Below, one piece after another: positions 1-9,236 of a DNA stretch of 40,850 nt; the first letter of the stretch is position 1, and the number at the start of each line of letters is the position of its first letter. This DNA comes from Deltaproteobacteria bacterium (GTDB lineage Bacteria; Myxococcota_A; UBA796). The notes under the pieces were generated by a model. That model saw only the letters and a list, made by a program, of their open reading frames with translations, was not told where the DNA came from and did not search any database. A program made the translations under genes and the position numbers. Location of the stretch: positions 1 to 40,850 of the forward strand of contig NYTD01000068.1 of assembly GCA_002683315.1 (NCBI GenBank), given 5' to 3'.

Positions 1-1182
1 CCTGGTATTTATCCCTTATTCTTCTGTGGTATCCCTGAGAATGAACCAACATGTGTTCCATATCGTGGTGTCGATGACATTGTAGAAGGCTCCACATCAT
101 ATACACAAGGCCCATCAAGCAGTGATTCTGATGGGGACGGTGTCGATGATGGTAGCGATAATTGTCCGAATATCTTCAATCCTACACGACCATTGGATAT
201 GGGCGGGCAATCTGATTTTGATGAAGATGGTGTTGGAGATGTTTGTGATCCATGTCCATTGGATCCTGACACCACTGAGTGCGAAAGCTTTGACCCCAAT
301 GATTTGGATAGAGATGGGATTCAAGATGATGAAGACAATTGTCTAGGGCTCAGTAATCCAGATCAAGCCGATACAGATGGCGATGGATTTGGTGATGCAT
401 GCGATGAATTCCCCAATGACAATACCGAACATCAAGACAGTGACGGAGATGGAATTGGAGACAACATTGACAATTGTTTGGAGACGGAAAATACAAGCCA
501 AGTCGATACCGATGGAGACGGCCTTGGAGATGCATGTGATGAATGTCCGGATATAGCAACAGGAAATCATAGCCCTCCTTACTCCATATATGATCTCCAA
601 AACTCATGCAGTAGCAATCATCCTCCAGAGGAAACCATCGTAACGGTTAACTGCTCTGTTACTGCAATTAAGACCAAATTGCAAAGCAATGGACAGTTTG
701 ATTACGAGACCTTTTGGTGTCAAGAACGCGAAGGAACGTCTCACTCAGGCATTTATGTTTTTTCAAAAAGCGAAGAAGGTTCTGTTGCACTCGGAAATGA
801 TGTTCAAGTACAAGGAACCTACGAAGAATACTATGATCTCGCAGAGTTAACCAATGTGACCATTACAGTAACAGATGCAAACGGTACAATGATTGAGCCA
901 ATTGTACTAGACCCAACCAATATACCAGACCCTGAAATCTATGAAGGAATGTTTATTCGTTTCGAAAATGTATCTGTTACTGCAGAAAATGCTGATTCTA
1001 ATGGTGATTATGACGAGTTTGCGGTCACTGGAGGGTTTCGCGTCGACGATTTTATATGGGAAGGCATGGACAACAACTATCCGGTCGGAACCACGTTTAC
1101 CTCCATCACCGGAATGATGCATTATTCATATTTACATTACAAACTCATACCGCGAAATGAAAACGATGTAATCTCCCCATAG
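1..1182 (+). CDS. Partial (5'-truncated) secreted-type protein with thrombospondin type 3 Ca-binding repeats and a C-terminal OB-fold/nuclease-associated region
   Basis: Frame 1 is open from base 1 (PGIYPLFFCGIPENEPTCVP...), so the start lies upstream of the window. It has repeated DxDGDGxGDxCDNC motifs. The C-terminal GNDVQVQGTYEEYYDLAEL and SITGMMHYSYLHYKLIPR segments resemble the OB-fold region of extracellular nucleases. Confidence 0.8.
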   Translation, partial: PGIYPLFFCGIPENEPTCVPYRGVDDIVEGSTSYTQGPSSSDSDGDGVDDGSDNCPNIFNPTRPLDMGGQSDFDEDGVGDVCDPCPLDPDTTECESFDPNDLDRDGIQDDEDNCLGLSNPDQADTDGDGFGDACDEFPNDNTEHQDSDGDGIGDNIDNCLETENTSQVDTDGDGLGDACDECPDIATGNHSPPYSIYDLQNSCSSNHPPEETIVTVNCSVTAIKTKLQSNGQFDYETFWCQEREGTSHSGIYVFSKSEEGSVALGNDVQVQGTYEEYYDLAELTNVTITVTDANGTMIEPIVLDPTNIPDPEIYEGMFIRFENVSVTAENADSNGDYDEFAVTGGFRVDDFIWEGMDNNYPVGTTFTSITGMMHYSYLHYKLIPRNENDVISP

Positions 1183-1459
1183 TGCGGTCCATGTTGAAGA
1201 GATGAAGAGTACAACGTATTTCTTTTTTTTACTATTTCTCTCGTCTTTTCTCTCCACATTTTTCCATTTCGGTTTTACTCGTACTATTCGATACGTGATC
1301 AGAATACGCTTGCGATATTTCACGTGTGTGACAAAAAAAAATATGGTGTGTACGCATCTACTGGATGGATAATTTTGAGATATGGAATAATGGATTGATT
1401 CGATAGCCGTTGGTGTTTTTTGTAAAACCCAACCCTCATCAAAAGGAGCTAGAAATCAT

Positions 1460-2059
1460 ATGAACGTTCAAGAGATCTCTGAAAGATACAAATCCCAATG
1501 GCTGAAGAAGGAAGAACAGGGAGAGCAAGAAGTACACAGGGTGATTGCTTTTTATGGAGATTTATTGCCAGAAGAGTCTCTTATCCAAGCTTCTTTGTCA
1601 AGCCTCCTCGTCTCGTACAAGCTTGATTTGGACAAAGTGCAGATTTATGATGTGCTTATCAGTCGAGACAGTTCCAATTATGGTATGCTGGATTGTTTTC
1701 TTTTTGGTCGTGTCGGACTTTTGGCCAAAGAAATCAATGGGGAGCAAAAGTGGATATACATATTGGAAAAAGGTTGGGAGCCCTATATTGATGAGAATCA
1801 TTCATACATCAACGCTTGTTTTCAAGAACACAAAAAAATCCATCGCAATCTTTTGTGTACAAAGGCAACAATGTTGTTGTCTGTAGATCCAAGCATAGAT
1901 GCAGACGAAAAACAAGCCGATGGTTGGGTGAAACAAAAAGGACTGAGGAATATTTTGAAGGTAATTCAACATCAAATTTCTCTGATTTGTCATCTTGAAA
2001 CAGAGATTCCTTTGGCTGATAACCCCTATATTCTACAGCTGGGTTCTCAAGTTCATTGA
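1460..2059 (+). CDS. Hypothetical protein (199 aa)
   Basis: Long ORF with AAGGAG shortly upstream of the ATG; no motif recognised. Confidence 0.7.
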   Translation: MNVQEISERYKSQWLKKEEQGEQEVHRVIAFYGDLLPEESLIQASLSSLLVSYKLDLDKVQIYDVLISRDSSNYGMLDCFLFGRVGLLAKEINGEQKWIYILEKGWEPYIDENHSYINACFQEHKKIHRNLLCTKATMLLSVDPSIDADEKQADGWVKQKGLRNILKVIQHQISLICHLETEIPLADNPYILQLGSQVH

Positions 2060-2207
2060 AGCAAGAGGGTCGAATTTAGACCAAACTCACAACAGTATTG
2101 TAACAGATAAAAGTCAGCCAATGAAGCCTCTTGGTACATTTAAGATGTCGTGGTCTCATTTCCAAACTTCTGGACTATGTTCCCTTGTTCTGTTGATCGG
2201 AAGAAAG

Positions 2208-2906
2208 TCATTTTTGTTTCGTTTTTGTTTGTATATTGTCAATTGGGCATGAATCGATATTTCCCAGAGCGATTCGTGTTGTTTGTAAGAAAACCCCCTT
2301 TCTGTTTTTCTTGATATTGCCCAAAACAGTTACGGTTTTTCCGACCCATTGTGATAATTCTGTTTTTTTTTCCGGTGGTTGAAAACTGTTTTTGGAAAGG
2401 AAGACACTGACTTCTTGTCCATCTTGGAGAAGAAGTGTGGCTTTGTCTTCGAAAGACGATTCTACTTCCACTTTTTGTATGTTTCCAACACAGTGGACCC
2501 ACATATGCACCCGTTGCTCCAGATCTTGTATGGTGAATGCTTTTGGTGGAATGGGAATGGTTTTTGGAATTGTAGAAAATGGTGTTTCTCCTGATGCAAG
2601 AGAGATTTCTTCCACTTCAAAATGTCTACCCATAACAGTTTGCACATATGGAGAGCTGGTATATGGCCTACCTTTGATCCGAACACGTTTGCCTGAAAAT
2701 TTGTATTCATCGACAATTGGACGATAGGAGCGAATCCAAGTAGCGCCAGAATCCAGTAAAAGAATGACTGCTTGAAGACGCTTTCCACCTGCGATAGGGG
2801 TGATAATATAACGAACTTCCATATCGACAGGGGCTTCATATATTGGTGCATATATGTCGATATCTGAGTCAATATCCCATGTGTTTTTATTCTCTTTTGA
2901 AGACAT
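2208..2906 (-). CDS. Hypothetical protein (232 aa), possibly two OB-fold-like modules
   Basis: AGGAG RBS upstream on the minus strand. Two GKxVx(I/V)xG strands (SGKRVRIKG, VGKTVTVLG) are typical of OB folds. Confidence 0.65.
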   Translation of the reverse strand: MSSKENKNTWDIDSDIDIYAPIYEAPVDMEVRYIITPIAGGKRLQAVILLLDSGATWIRSYRPIVDEYKFSGKRVRIKGRPYTSSPYVQTVMGRHFEVEEISLASGETPFSTIPKTIPIPPKAFTIQDLEQRVHMWVHCVGNIQKVEVESSFEDKATLLLQDGQEVSVFLSKNSFQPPEKKTELSQWVGKTVTVLGNIKKNRKGVFLQTTRIALGNIDSCPIDNIQTKTKQK

Positions 2907-3057
2907 ATAGACTCCTATATATTGTCTTGTGGGTGTATGAGATACAACGGTTTGTAATTATTCACAGCCGATAAAAGGAGAATTTATCCGGCCTGCATAT
3001 CCAGTCGAATCGATAATGAAACATTGCTGCTGCATATTTTTTTACGCCTCCGTAGAT

Positions 3058-4179
3058 TTATGTGTTGAGTAGTGACACAAAGGATGGACGAACTACGCGC
3101 CGCATACCTTGTTCGATTGCTTTATTGACATGCTTTCGGCTACACAATCCAAGCGTGAGAAGAGGAACTTCTGGAAAGTCAGCGGAACCAATATTCGGTT
3201 CTTCCATCATGATCTCACGAAGACGGTTACGAACATCTTCACCTCCCACATCAATGCACCATCGTAATGTTTTCCATGCGAGCTCAGCATGTCGTGATTC
3301 ATCACGAATCACACCCTCAAGGAATAGCTGGATTGCAGGATCTGTTGTTGCTTTGCGCTGTTCAGCTGCAATGAGTACAGCAAGTGTTTCGTTAATAGCG
3401 GCTTCGCGAGCAACGGTCTCAGCCAATTCGATAAGATTTTTAGAAAGAGTCAACTCCATGGGCATTGAGCTCGGTTCTCTTGTTTCTCCCAGAAGATCCG
3501 CAGCCAGTGAAAACGCTTGTTTTGCATGGCGCAATTCGTCGGTGATGGCTTCATGGGCAAGTTCAAGCAGCTCCACAGGAGCACCAAACTTCATCAATTC
3601 TAGAGAAAAATGATGAAATGCCGCGACAGAAGCATGTTCCATAAGCGCATTTCTTAGATAAAAATTTCCTGCTATTTTTCTTTGAGACACAGACAAACCT
3701 TCGACTTTCACTCTTATTGTATGCTTTTGCCAATCTTGAGTTGAAGTCATCTTGCTCTTCGCGCTGATTTGTTCCCCATCGCGCAGCATGGGTCGACCAA
3801 CGGACATGCACCAATCTGGTATGGGGCCAGGCTCATAATTTCCTTTGTAGGTACAATGGTCACCTTCGGGATCTTCATTGGGGTCATCCGAGATAGGGCC
3901 ATCGATGTAGTGAGGGTAGTCGTATCTTTGAATCAATTCCGTTACTTCAATAAAACGCTGGCCACTGCAATTAAACTCTTGTTCCGGTAAATTCTCATTT
4001 ACATCATTAAGAGAAGGACAATCTGCATCTTCTTCAATATTGAGGTAATACGTTCCTTCTTCCATTGATATTTCAAATTCGACTCCTGTATCGGTTTGTT
4101 TTTCTCCACATGCATTGAGAAGTAGCGGTGCGAGTACGATGATAAGATGGTTCTGTAAAAGCTGTTGTGTCTTGGTCAT
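3058..4179 (-). CDS. Lipoprotein with C-terminal ferritin-like di-iron domain (myxobacterial type)
   Basis: Lipobox-like LLNAC. GRP motif, then EHASVAAF, DELRHA, NETLA and DESRHAELAW, giving the E...ExxH...E...ExxH di-iron pattern. Confidence 0.8.
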   Translation of the reverse strand: MTKTQQLLQNHLIIVLAPLLLNACGEKQTDTGVEFEISMEEGTYYLNIEEDADCPSLNDVNENLPEQEFNCSGQRFIEVTELIQRYDYPHYIDGPISDDPNEDPEGDHCTYKGNYEPGPIPDWCMSVGRPMLRDGEQISAKSKMTSTQDWQKHTIRVKVEGLSVSQRKIAGNFYLRNALMEHASVAAFHHFSLELMKFGAPVELLELAHEAITDELRHAKQAFSLAADLLGETREPSSMPMELTLSKNLIELAETVAREAAINETLAVLIAAEQRKATTDPAIQLFLEGVIRDESRHAELAWKTLRWCIDVGGEDVRNRLREIMMEEPNIGSADFPEVPLLTLGLCSRKHVNKAIEQGMRRVVRPSFVSLLNT

Positions 4180-4262
4180 ATTTGATCCGTTTAGAAGTGG
4201 TTTTTATATGAGGATAGCAGATCATAAAATAAAATTACATGGAGACGTACTTTCTAATCTCC

Positions 4263-4279
4263 TAAAATCAGTGATTTTA
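4263..4279. promoter_or_regulatory. Perfect 8-1-8 palindrome, candidate operator in a divergent promoter region
   Basis: TAAAATCA-G-TGATTTTA between the divergent genes at 4179(-) and 4566(+). Confidence 0.35.
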
Positions 4280-4337
4280 ACGTCAAAAAAATCCATCCAA
4301 ACAAATCGGAGTATTATTTTTCTTGCACCAAATCTCA

Positions 4338-4434
4338 CGACAAGAAAAAAACAAAATAAAAGCAAAATTAGGGTAATTTGAGCATTCCAAAAACCACAAA
4401 TATTCGTTCGTGTGATTTTGGGTTTTTCTTGTCG
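4338..4434. repeat. Imperfect 20-bp inverted repeat (18/20) with 57-bp spacer
   Basis: 4338-4357 reads CGACAAGAAAAAAACAAAAT; the reverse complement of 4415-4434 reads CGACAAGAAAAACCCAAAAT. Confidence 0.6.
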
Positions 4435-4443
4435 CCATCATGA

Positions 4444-4473
4444 TGACAATATTATTCTTCACGTGACAATATT
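4444..4473. repeat. 10-bp direct repeat with 20-bp period
   Basis: TGACAATATT at 4444-4453 and 4464-4473. Confidence 0.55.
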
Positions 4474-4565
4474 GAATTAGAATATTTCGTAATCTGATTT
4501 GCGATACATAATGAGAAGTTCATACATATACATGTAGATGTTGTGTACCTTTTGGAGAAAAATCA

Positions 4566-5225
4566 ATGCCAAAGCAAATCGAGTCGAATTCCCTAGAAAA
4601 ACCCAAATTACGCGGATTTCTCCATCAATACGCTTTTTTCTTTTTTTTTCCTTTGGAAATCTGGCTGATGACTCTTGCAGAGGGACAAACAGAGGTAGTG
4701 GTAACGCTCATATATTGTCTTGGTCTGAGTTCGCTTCTTGCTACAAGTGCCCTCTATCATAGAATCAATTGGGCAGATAAACAGCGAGAGAGAATGCGTA
4801 AACTAGATCATACAATGATATTTGTTCAGATTGCCACCTCTTATACGCCTTTTGGTGTTCTGGCATTCTCGGGACTCAAAAATCAAATCGTTCTCTCTAT
4901 CTTGTGGATTTCGGTTGTCGTAGGGTTCATGATCAATATGATTTGGGGAGCTGCTCCCAAATGGGTTTCTGCGCTTCTATATGTATCTGTCGGTTGGACG
5001 GTAGTGGTGATGTTTCCAGAATTTTATCAATATACCGGATCGACCATATTCTATTTGATGCTCTTTGGAGGGATTTCCTACACGATAGGGGCTATGTTTT
5101 ATGCTGCGAAACGCCCCGATCTAAAACCTGGGATTTTTGGCTATCATGAGCTTTTTCATAGTTTTGTTATTCTTGGGGCAGGATTGCATTACGCTTCCAT
5201 TTACATGCTTATTACATCTGTATAG
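4566..5225 (+). CDS. Hemolysin III / PAQR family membrane protein
   Basis: KPKLRGFLH, SALYH, MRKLDHTMIFVQIATSYTP, GGISYTIGA and FGYHELFHSFV motifs; about 7 hydrophobic segments. Confidence 0.93.
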   Translation: MPKQIESNSLEKPKLRGFLHQYAFFFFFPLEIWLMTLAEGQTEVVVTLIYCLGLSSLLATSALYHRINWADKQRERMRKLDHTMIFVQIATSYTPFGVLAFSGLKNQIVLSILWISVVVGFMINMIWGAAPKWVSALLYVSVGWTVVVMFPEFYQYTGSTIFYLMLFGGISYTIGAMFYAAKRPDLKPGIFGYHELFHSFVILGAGLHYASIYMLITSV

Positions 5226-5645
5226 CTATAAATGAAAAGCCCACGACAAAAACCTTTAACTGTGATAGAAATTCCTGTAGAACGGATTTGGTGAAAGTAT
5301 TGAATACGGTTGCTAGCAACATGTTGATTCCTCTTTGGGATTTCGCTAGATCCATACTTTTGGAGATATAATAGGGTAGTGATGACGATTGTACGCTTAT
5401 CTTTTACTTTTATTTACGCCCAATCATTCTTAATTTTAGCGTACGATACAATAATTGTCCCCTTTCTGTTCCCAAAGATATTTCATGAGAAATATGATTT
5501 TTGGAAAGCGTGTATAATGGGTCACTGTACAAGGTTTTGGTATATCCATTCATCGATATCGAAACGTTTATTGAATTCAAACTTCTAATCATGAGAACAC
5601 GATTACATGTACATGATGTGCAATGATATTGGTATTATGGACTGT

Positions 5646-6371
5646 CTACTGGCAGTCGAATTCAGAATAGACTTCTGTCGTACTATTCTCATTTATTATT
5701 TTTGTTTCTAATAACGCTCCATATTGATTATATATGTAGTAACCGCCGTTTTCCGATTGCATGGTATTTCCATCCCATTGATGATCAATAACAATTCCAT
5801 CAGTGGTGGTACGAATGGTTTTGCACCAGTAGTTGTCACAATCATACTCATATAAATATTCTGTATCATCATTGTAGCCAACTGTTTTGGTAACATAGCC
5901 CATATCATTGTATTCACTGTATCCGTTATCGGACTCTTGTCTATTTCCTTCCCAGCTATAGTTTGTCACGATATCATCTATTGTTGTATCATCATAGTCG
6001 ATTTCGAACCGACGTACTTTACACCAATCAGCTTCAATATATTCTGTATAGTTACTGTATGAGTAGCCTGTTGTGTAGTTTATACGTAGTTCTTCTGCAC
6101 ATTTGTTATGATTCAGTTGGATATGCCCAGTATATAAGGTTGTGGAATTCATGGTGTTATACCAGATAAGCTCTGCTCTTTGGTTGTTCCAGGTATATTC
6201 GCCATCATATTCGTAGAGTATTTCTTGATCGGAGGCTGAATATGATGCTTGGTGACTGGATAGCAGATAGCAGTAGACAGAATCGAGATCTTCCTCATTC
6301 GTATTCTGTTCTTTCTCTTGTATACTGTCACCAATACCCAAACAACCGATTTGAAACAAAACCCAGATCAT
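5646..6371 (-). CDS. Putative lipoprotein with Tyr/Asn-rich internal repeats
   Basis: GAGGAG RBS and short signal MIWVLFQIGC. Duplicated unit WCK...(Y/H)xW(E/D)GNxxxS(D/E)NG.YxxYNxxG. Confidence 0.7.
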   Translation of the reverse strand: MIWVLFQIGCLGIGDSIQEKEQNTNEEDLDSVYCYLLSSHQASYSASDQEILYEYDGEYTWNNQRAELIWYNTMNSTTLYTGHIQLNHNKCAEELRINYTTGYSYSNYTEYIEADWCKVRRFEIDYDDTTIDDIVTNYSWEGNRQESDNGYSEYNDMGYVTKTVGYNDDTEYLYEYDCDNYWCKTIRTTTDGIVIDHQWDGNTMQSENGGYYIYNQYGALLETKIINENSTTEVYSEFDCQ

Positions 6372-6399
6372 GTTTATCTCCTCTATTAATGAATGACGC

Positions 6400-6431
6400 T
6401 GCCTTTATACTTCATTAGTAGTATAAAGGCA
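6400..6431. terminator. Perfect 12-bp hairpin (plus-strand terminator-like, or operator of the 6371 gene)
   Basis: TGCCTTTATACT-8 nt-AGTATAAAGGCA, followed by TATTTTTA on the plus strand. Confidence 0.5.
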
Positions 6432-6980
6432 TATTTTTATGTAGCTATAATCATGTTGTGGCAATCCAATTGTAATGTACCGAAACAAAAAAATGTGCGT
6501 TGTTTTGACGGCGATTCTACAGTGGGTGATGATAGAATAAGTGTATTAGAGTCATTTTGATATCATCGTAGTTTTTTCTTGTTGTACAAAAATAAGGGTT
6601 TGTCGATATCGTAATTCGTATAGAACAAGCCGTTGATAAGGCTTTGATTCCTCTATGAAACCATTTTAGGCTTTCAGTTTCTCAATCGATGATTGATCGA
6701 GATCAGTGGTATGAAAAAGGTTTTTGAACCTAGTAGGTATCTCCGTGTGGCTTCCTTAGGGACATTGCAAGAGTAATATTTATTGGATTCTCTGATTCTG
6801 AGATTTGATTTTTTTATACAGTTGTACCGGTATTATAATCAATTGTAAAAGGTAAATGGACAGGATTGATACTTTTGAATTATGACGATTCAGATGTACA
6901 TCTAATATTTGGTTTTATGAAGATTCATTCTCTTTGATTCACGATGGTTGTCCATCATCCAATTACATAATGAGGAATAT

Positions 6981-7355
6981 ATGAAGATAATTATTTTTTG
7001 GCTATTGGGGTGTGCAACCAAGTCGAATATTTCTAAGAAGCAAGACTCTTGTGGGAATCTATCTGATGCACTCGATAAAGTAGCACAGGCAGAAGATCCA
7101 CATAAGTATGCGCAAGAAAATAATCTTTTGGTCAATGAGGGATTGATTCGTGTCATGCTTACACTGAAAGATGGTGCTGAGGTTTTTTGGGTTTCGCCCA
7201 TCGAAACAGAGCTCTCTATTGCGGCGCGTCATCAACTTTTGGTTCCTCCAGGACATTTGTGTACGCTTGCACAAGATGTACGTGTTGTTTCTGTTGATAT
7301 GCCCAAAACAGGTTCTTCAAAAAAATCTCCATCCAAAAAAGTTTCTCCTAAGTAG
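6981..7355 (+). CDS. Small lipoprotein resembling a subtilase propeptide / inhibitor domain
   Basis: GAGGA RBS before the ATG at 6981 (preferred over 6948); signal MKIIIFWLLGC. The C-terminal part aligns without gaps to the prodomain of the adjacent S8 protease. Confidence 0.7.
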   Translation: MKIIIFWLLGCATKSNISKKQDSCGNLSDALDKVAQAEDPHKYAQENNLLVNEGLIRVMLTLKDGAEVFWVSPIETELSIAARHQLLVPPGHLCTLAQDVRVVSVDMPKTGSSKKSPSKKVSPK

Positions 7356-7357
7356 GT

Positions 7358-9139
7358 ATGTACATGCTGTATTTTTTTTCTTTGGCCTTTGCTGGGGCTC
7401 CTTGTGACCAATTTCCAAATGTAGATGCGACACTGCTTTATGCAGTGCAACAACCTCCTGTACATGCACGTAGTTTTCGCGAAAAGATTCTCAATCCTCA
7501 TCCACAAGTATTTCGTGTGATCACAACATTCGATTCACCCATCACTCCGGAGTATAAAAAAATACTTGAGTCTTTGGGAGATGTAGAGCTCATTTTGGAT
7601 AGCCGAGCTCAGATATTGATTCATAAAGATCGTATTGTTGAGCTTTCGCAACGTACAGGTGTGAATAGGATTCGCTTCCCTTATGTTCCTACCCAAAAAA
7701 CGACCAGTGAAGGACTAGAGCATATGGGGGTTTATGACTGGCACGATATGGGCCATAGCGGTTTGGATGTCAATGTCGGAGTGCTTGACACAGAATTCTT
7801 GCATTGGAATGATTTTGCGGGAACGTCTCTTCCAGCACTCTCTAGCGACCAGATTAGCTGGGCTCCATCAATAGGAGGTCCTGGAGAAGGAACACATGGC
7901 ACGGCTTGTGGCGAAATCATTCACGATATAGCTCCGGAAAGCACATTATATTTTGCCAACTTTGGTACCGATCTAGAGTATGAATCACAGCTTCTGTGGT
8001 TACAGGACAAGACAGATATTATCTCAGCTTCCATTGGTTTTGACAATACATATCCAATGGATGGAACATCAACAGTGGCACAGTTGGTCGAAAACCAATG
8101 GAATGAAGGCATTCTTTATGTTGGTGCAGCCGGTAATGAACAAACCCAATATTGGACAGGAGAATGGACTGATACCGATGATGATGGTAACCTAGACTTC
8201 ATTGCTGGAGATGATCAAAATGTGATTCCCATTTTGCTCAATACATATGGTGAGGATTGGGAAGAGCAAGTATATGCCAATGTTCGCTGGCTTGAAGATT
8301 TTGGAGCAGCCACGATCGATTTTGATGCCAAATTATATGTCGCTCGTATTTCTGATCCAACAACAATTGTAGAAGAGATTTATCTTTCGGAGAATACCCA
8401 AGATGGTACGGGAGATCCATTTGAAGAAATGTGGGGTTGGGCATATATGCCTCCTGATCACGGTGTTTTTTTACAGGTCAGCCTTTATGGTGGAGACCCA
8501 ACCAATATGACGCTAAAGGTGTTTAATGGAGCCTATGGTTTTGATGAAACACCAGAATATATTGTCCGTGAGGGTACACTTACCGCTCCCTCGGATGCAG
8601 AACATTGTATGGCTGTAGGTGCGGTTCAGCATTCGGATTTTGCTGTTGCACCCTACAGTTCACAAGGCCCTACCGATGATGATCGCCTTAAGCCCGATAT
8701 CTTTGCGATATCACATGTGAGTACCGAATCTACAGGACCATTTTATGATGATGACGATCCAGGATTTAATGGTACTTCTGCTGCTACACCACACATATCA
8801 GGTTTGGCTGCACTTTTATGGGAGTCACAGCCCCAATCCGAAAATCAAGATATCTGGGATTCTTTGATTGAGACCATTGATCCTTCTGTAATTACACAAG
8901 GGTATGTAGGAGAAGCAGGATTGGCAGTATTGGGGGATCCTCCAGGAGAGAGCGTAGAACCTTCTGCAGAGCCAACAGATGAGCCAACAGATGAGCCCAC
9001 AGATGAGCCTTCTGCAGAGCCCACTTCAGAACCAACATCAGAGTCTCCCAAGTCTGGTTGTGTGCATACGGTTTTTCCAAAAGAGACATATGTGTTGTGG
9101 ATCGGTATGCTGTTGGGGATTATTCGAAAAAGAAAATAG
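7358..9139 (+). CDS. Secreted S8 (subtilisin-like) serine protease with EP(S/T)x linker and MYXO-CTERM-like membrane anchor
   Basis: Catalytic motifs VGVLDT, HGTAC, AAGN (oxyanion) and GTSAATP; also YSSQGP and KPDI. The C-terminus is SGC, a hydrophobic stretch, then RKRK. Confidence 0.93.
   Translation: MYMLYFFSLAFAGAPCDQFPNVDATLLYAVQQPPVHARSFREKILNPHPQVFRVITTFDSPITPEYKKILESLGDVELILDSRAQILIHKDRIVELSQRTGVNRIRFPYVPTQKTTSEGLEHMGVYDWHDMGHSGLDVNVGVLDTEFLHWNDFAGTSLPALSSDQISWAPSIGGPGEGTHGTACGEIIHDIAPESTLYFANFGTDLEYESQLLWLQDKTDIISASIGFDNTYPMDGTSTVAQLVENQWNEGILYVGAAGNEQTQYWTGEWTDTDDDGNLDFIAGDDQNVIPILLNTYGEDWEEQVYANVRWLEDFGAATIDFDAKLYVARISDPTTIVEEIYLSENTQDGTGDPFEEMWGWAYMPPDHGVFLQVSLYGGDPTNMTLKVFNGAYGFDETPEYIVREGTLTAPSDAEHCMAVGAVQHSDFAVAPYSSQGPTDDDRLKPDIFAISHVSTESTGPFYDDDDPGFNGTSAATPHISGLAALLWESQPQSENQDIWDSLIETIDPSVITQGYVGEAGLAVLGDPPGESVEPSAEPTDEPTDEPTDEPSAEPTSEPTSESPKSGCVHTVFPKETYVLWIGMLLGIIRKRK
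8957..9040 (+). repeat. Coding 12-bp tandem repeat, 7 units (EPSA/EPTD/EPTS)
   Basis: GAGCCAACAGAT-type units encoding EPSA EPTD EPTD EPTD EPSA EPTS EPTS. Confidence 0.9.
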
Positions 9140-9236
9140 TATCAGAGATTGATATTCATTCTTTTACAACGTAATGGAGTCTCAGTATTTTGAGGAATCC
9201 AAATACGGGATGTATCAAGAAGGGGTACAACAGAGT

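Noticed and set aside
1183-1280. Pyrimidine-rich tract after the TSP3 gene as an intrinsic terminator
   Set aside because: A T-run is present but no convincing GC-rich stem precedes it.
3058-4179. Ferritin-like protein as the aldehyde-deformylating oxygenase partner of the AAR-like gene (alkane pathway)
   Set aside because: It lies about 17 kb away, carries a lipoprotein signal and shows motifs of a different ferritin-like family. ADO is cytoplasmic and normally adjacent to AAR.
5226-5645. Short ORFs 5379-5588(+) and 5410-5592(-) in the gap between convergent genes
   Set aside because: No clear RBS or motif, and lengths expected by chance.
6440-6900. Possible decayed gene on the minus strand (e.g. 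FKNLFHTTDLDQSSIEKLKA*NGFIEESKPYQRLVLYELRY)
   Set aside because: It looks protein-like but is broken by stops and matches nothing I recognise; it cannot be supported without a homology search.
8957-9040. Tandem repeat as a CRISPR array or phase-variation tract
   Set aside because: The 12-bp units are in frame, have no spacers and encode a Pro/Glu/Thr linker.
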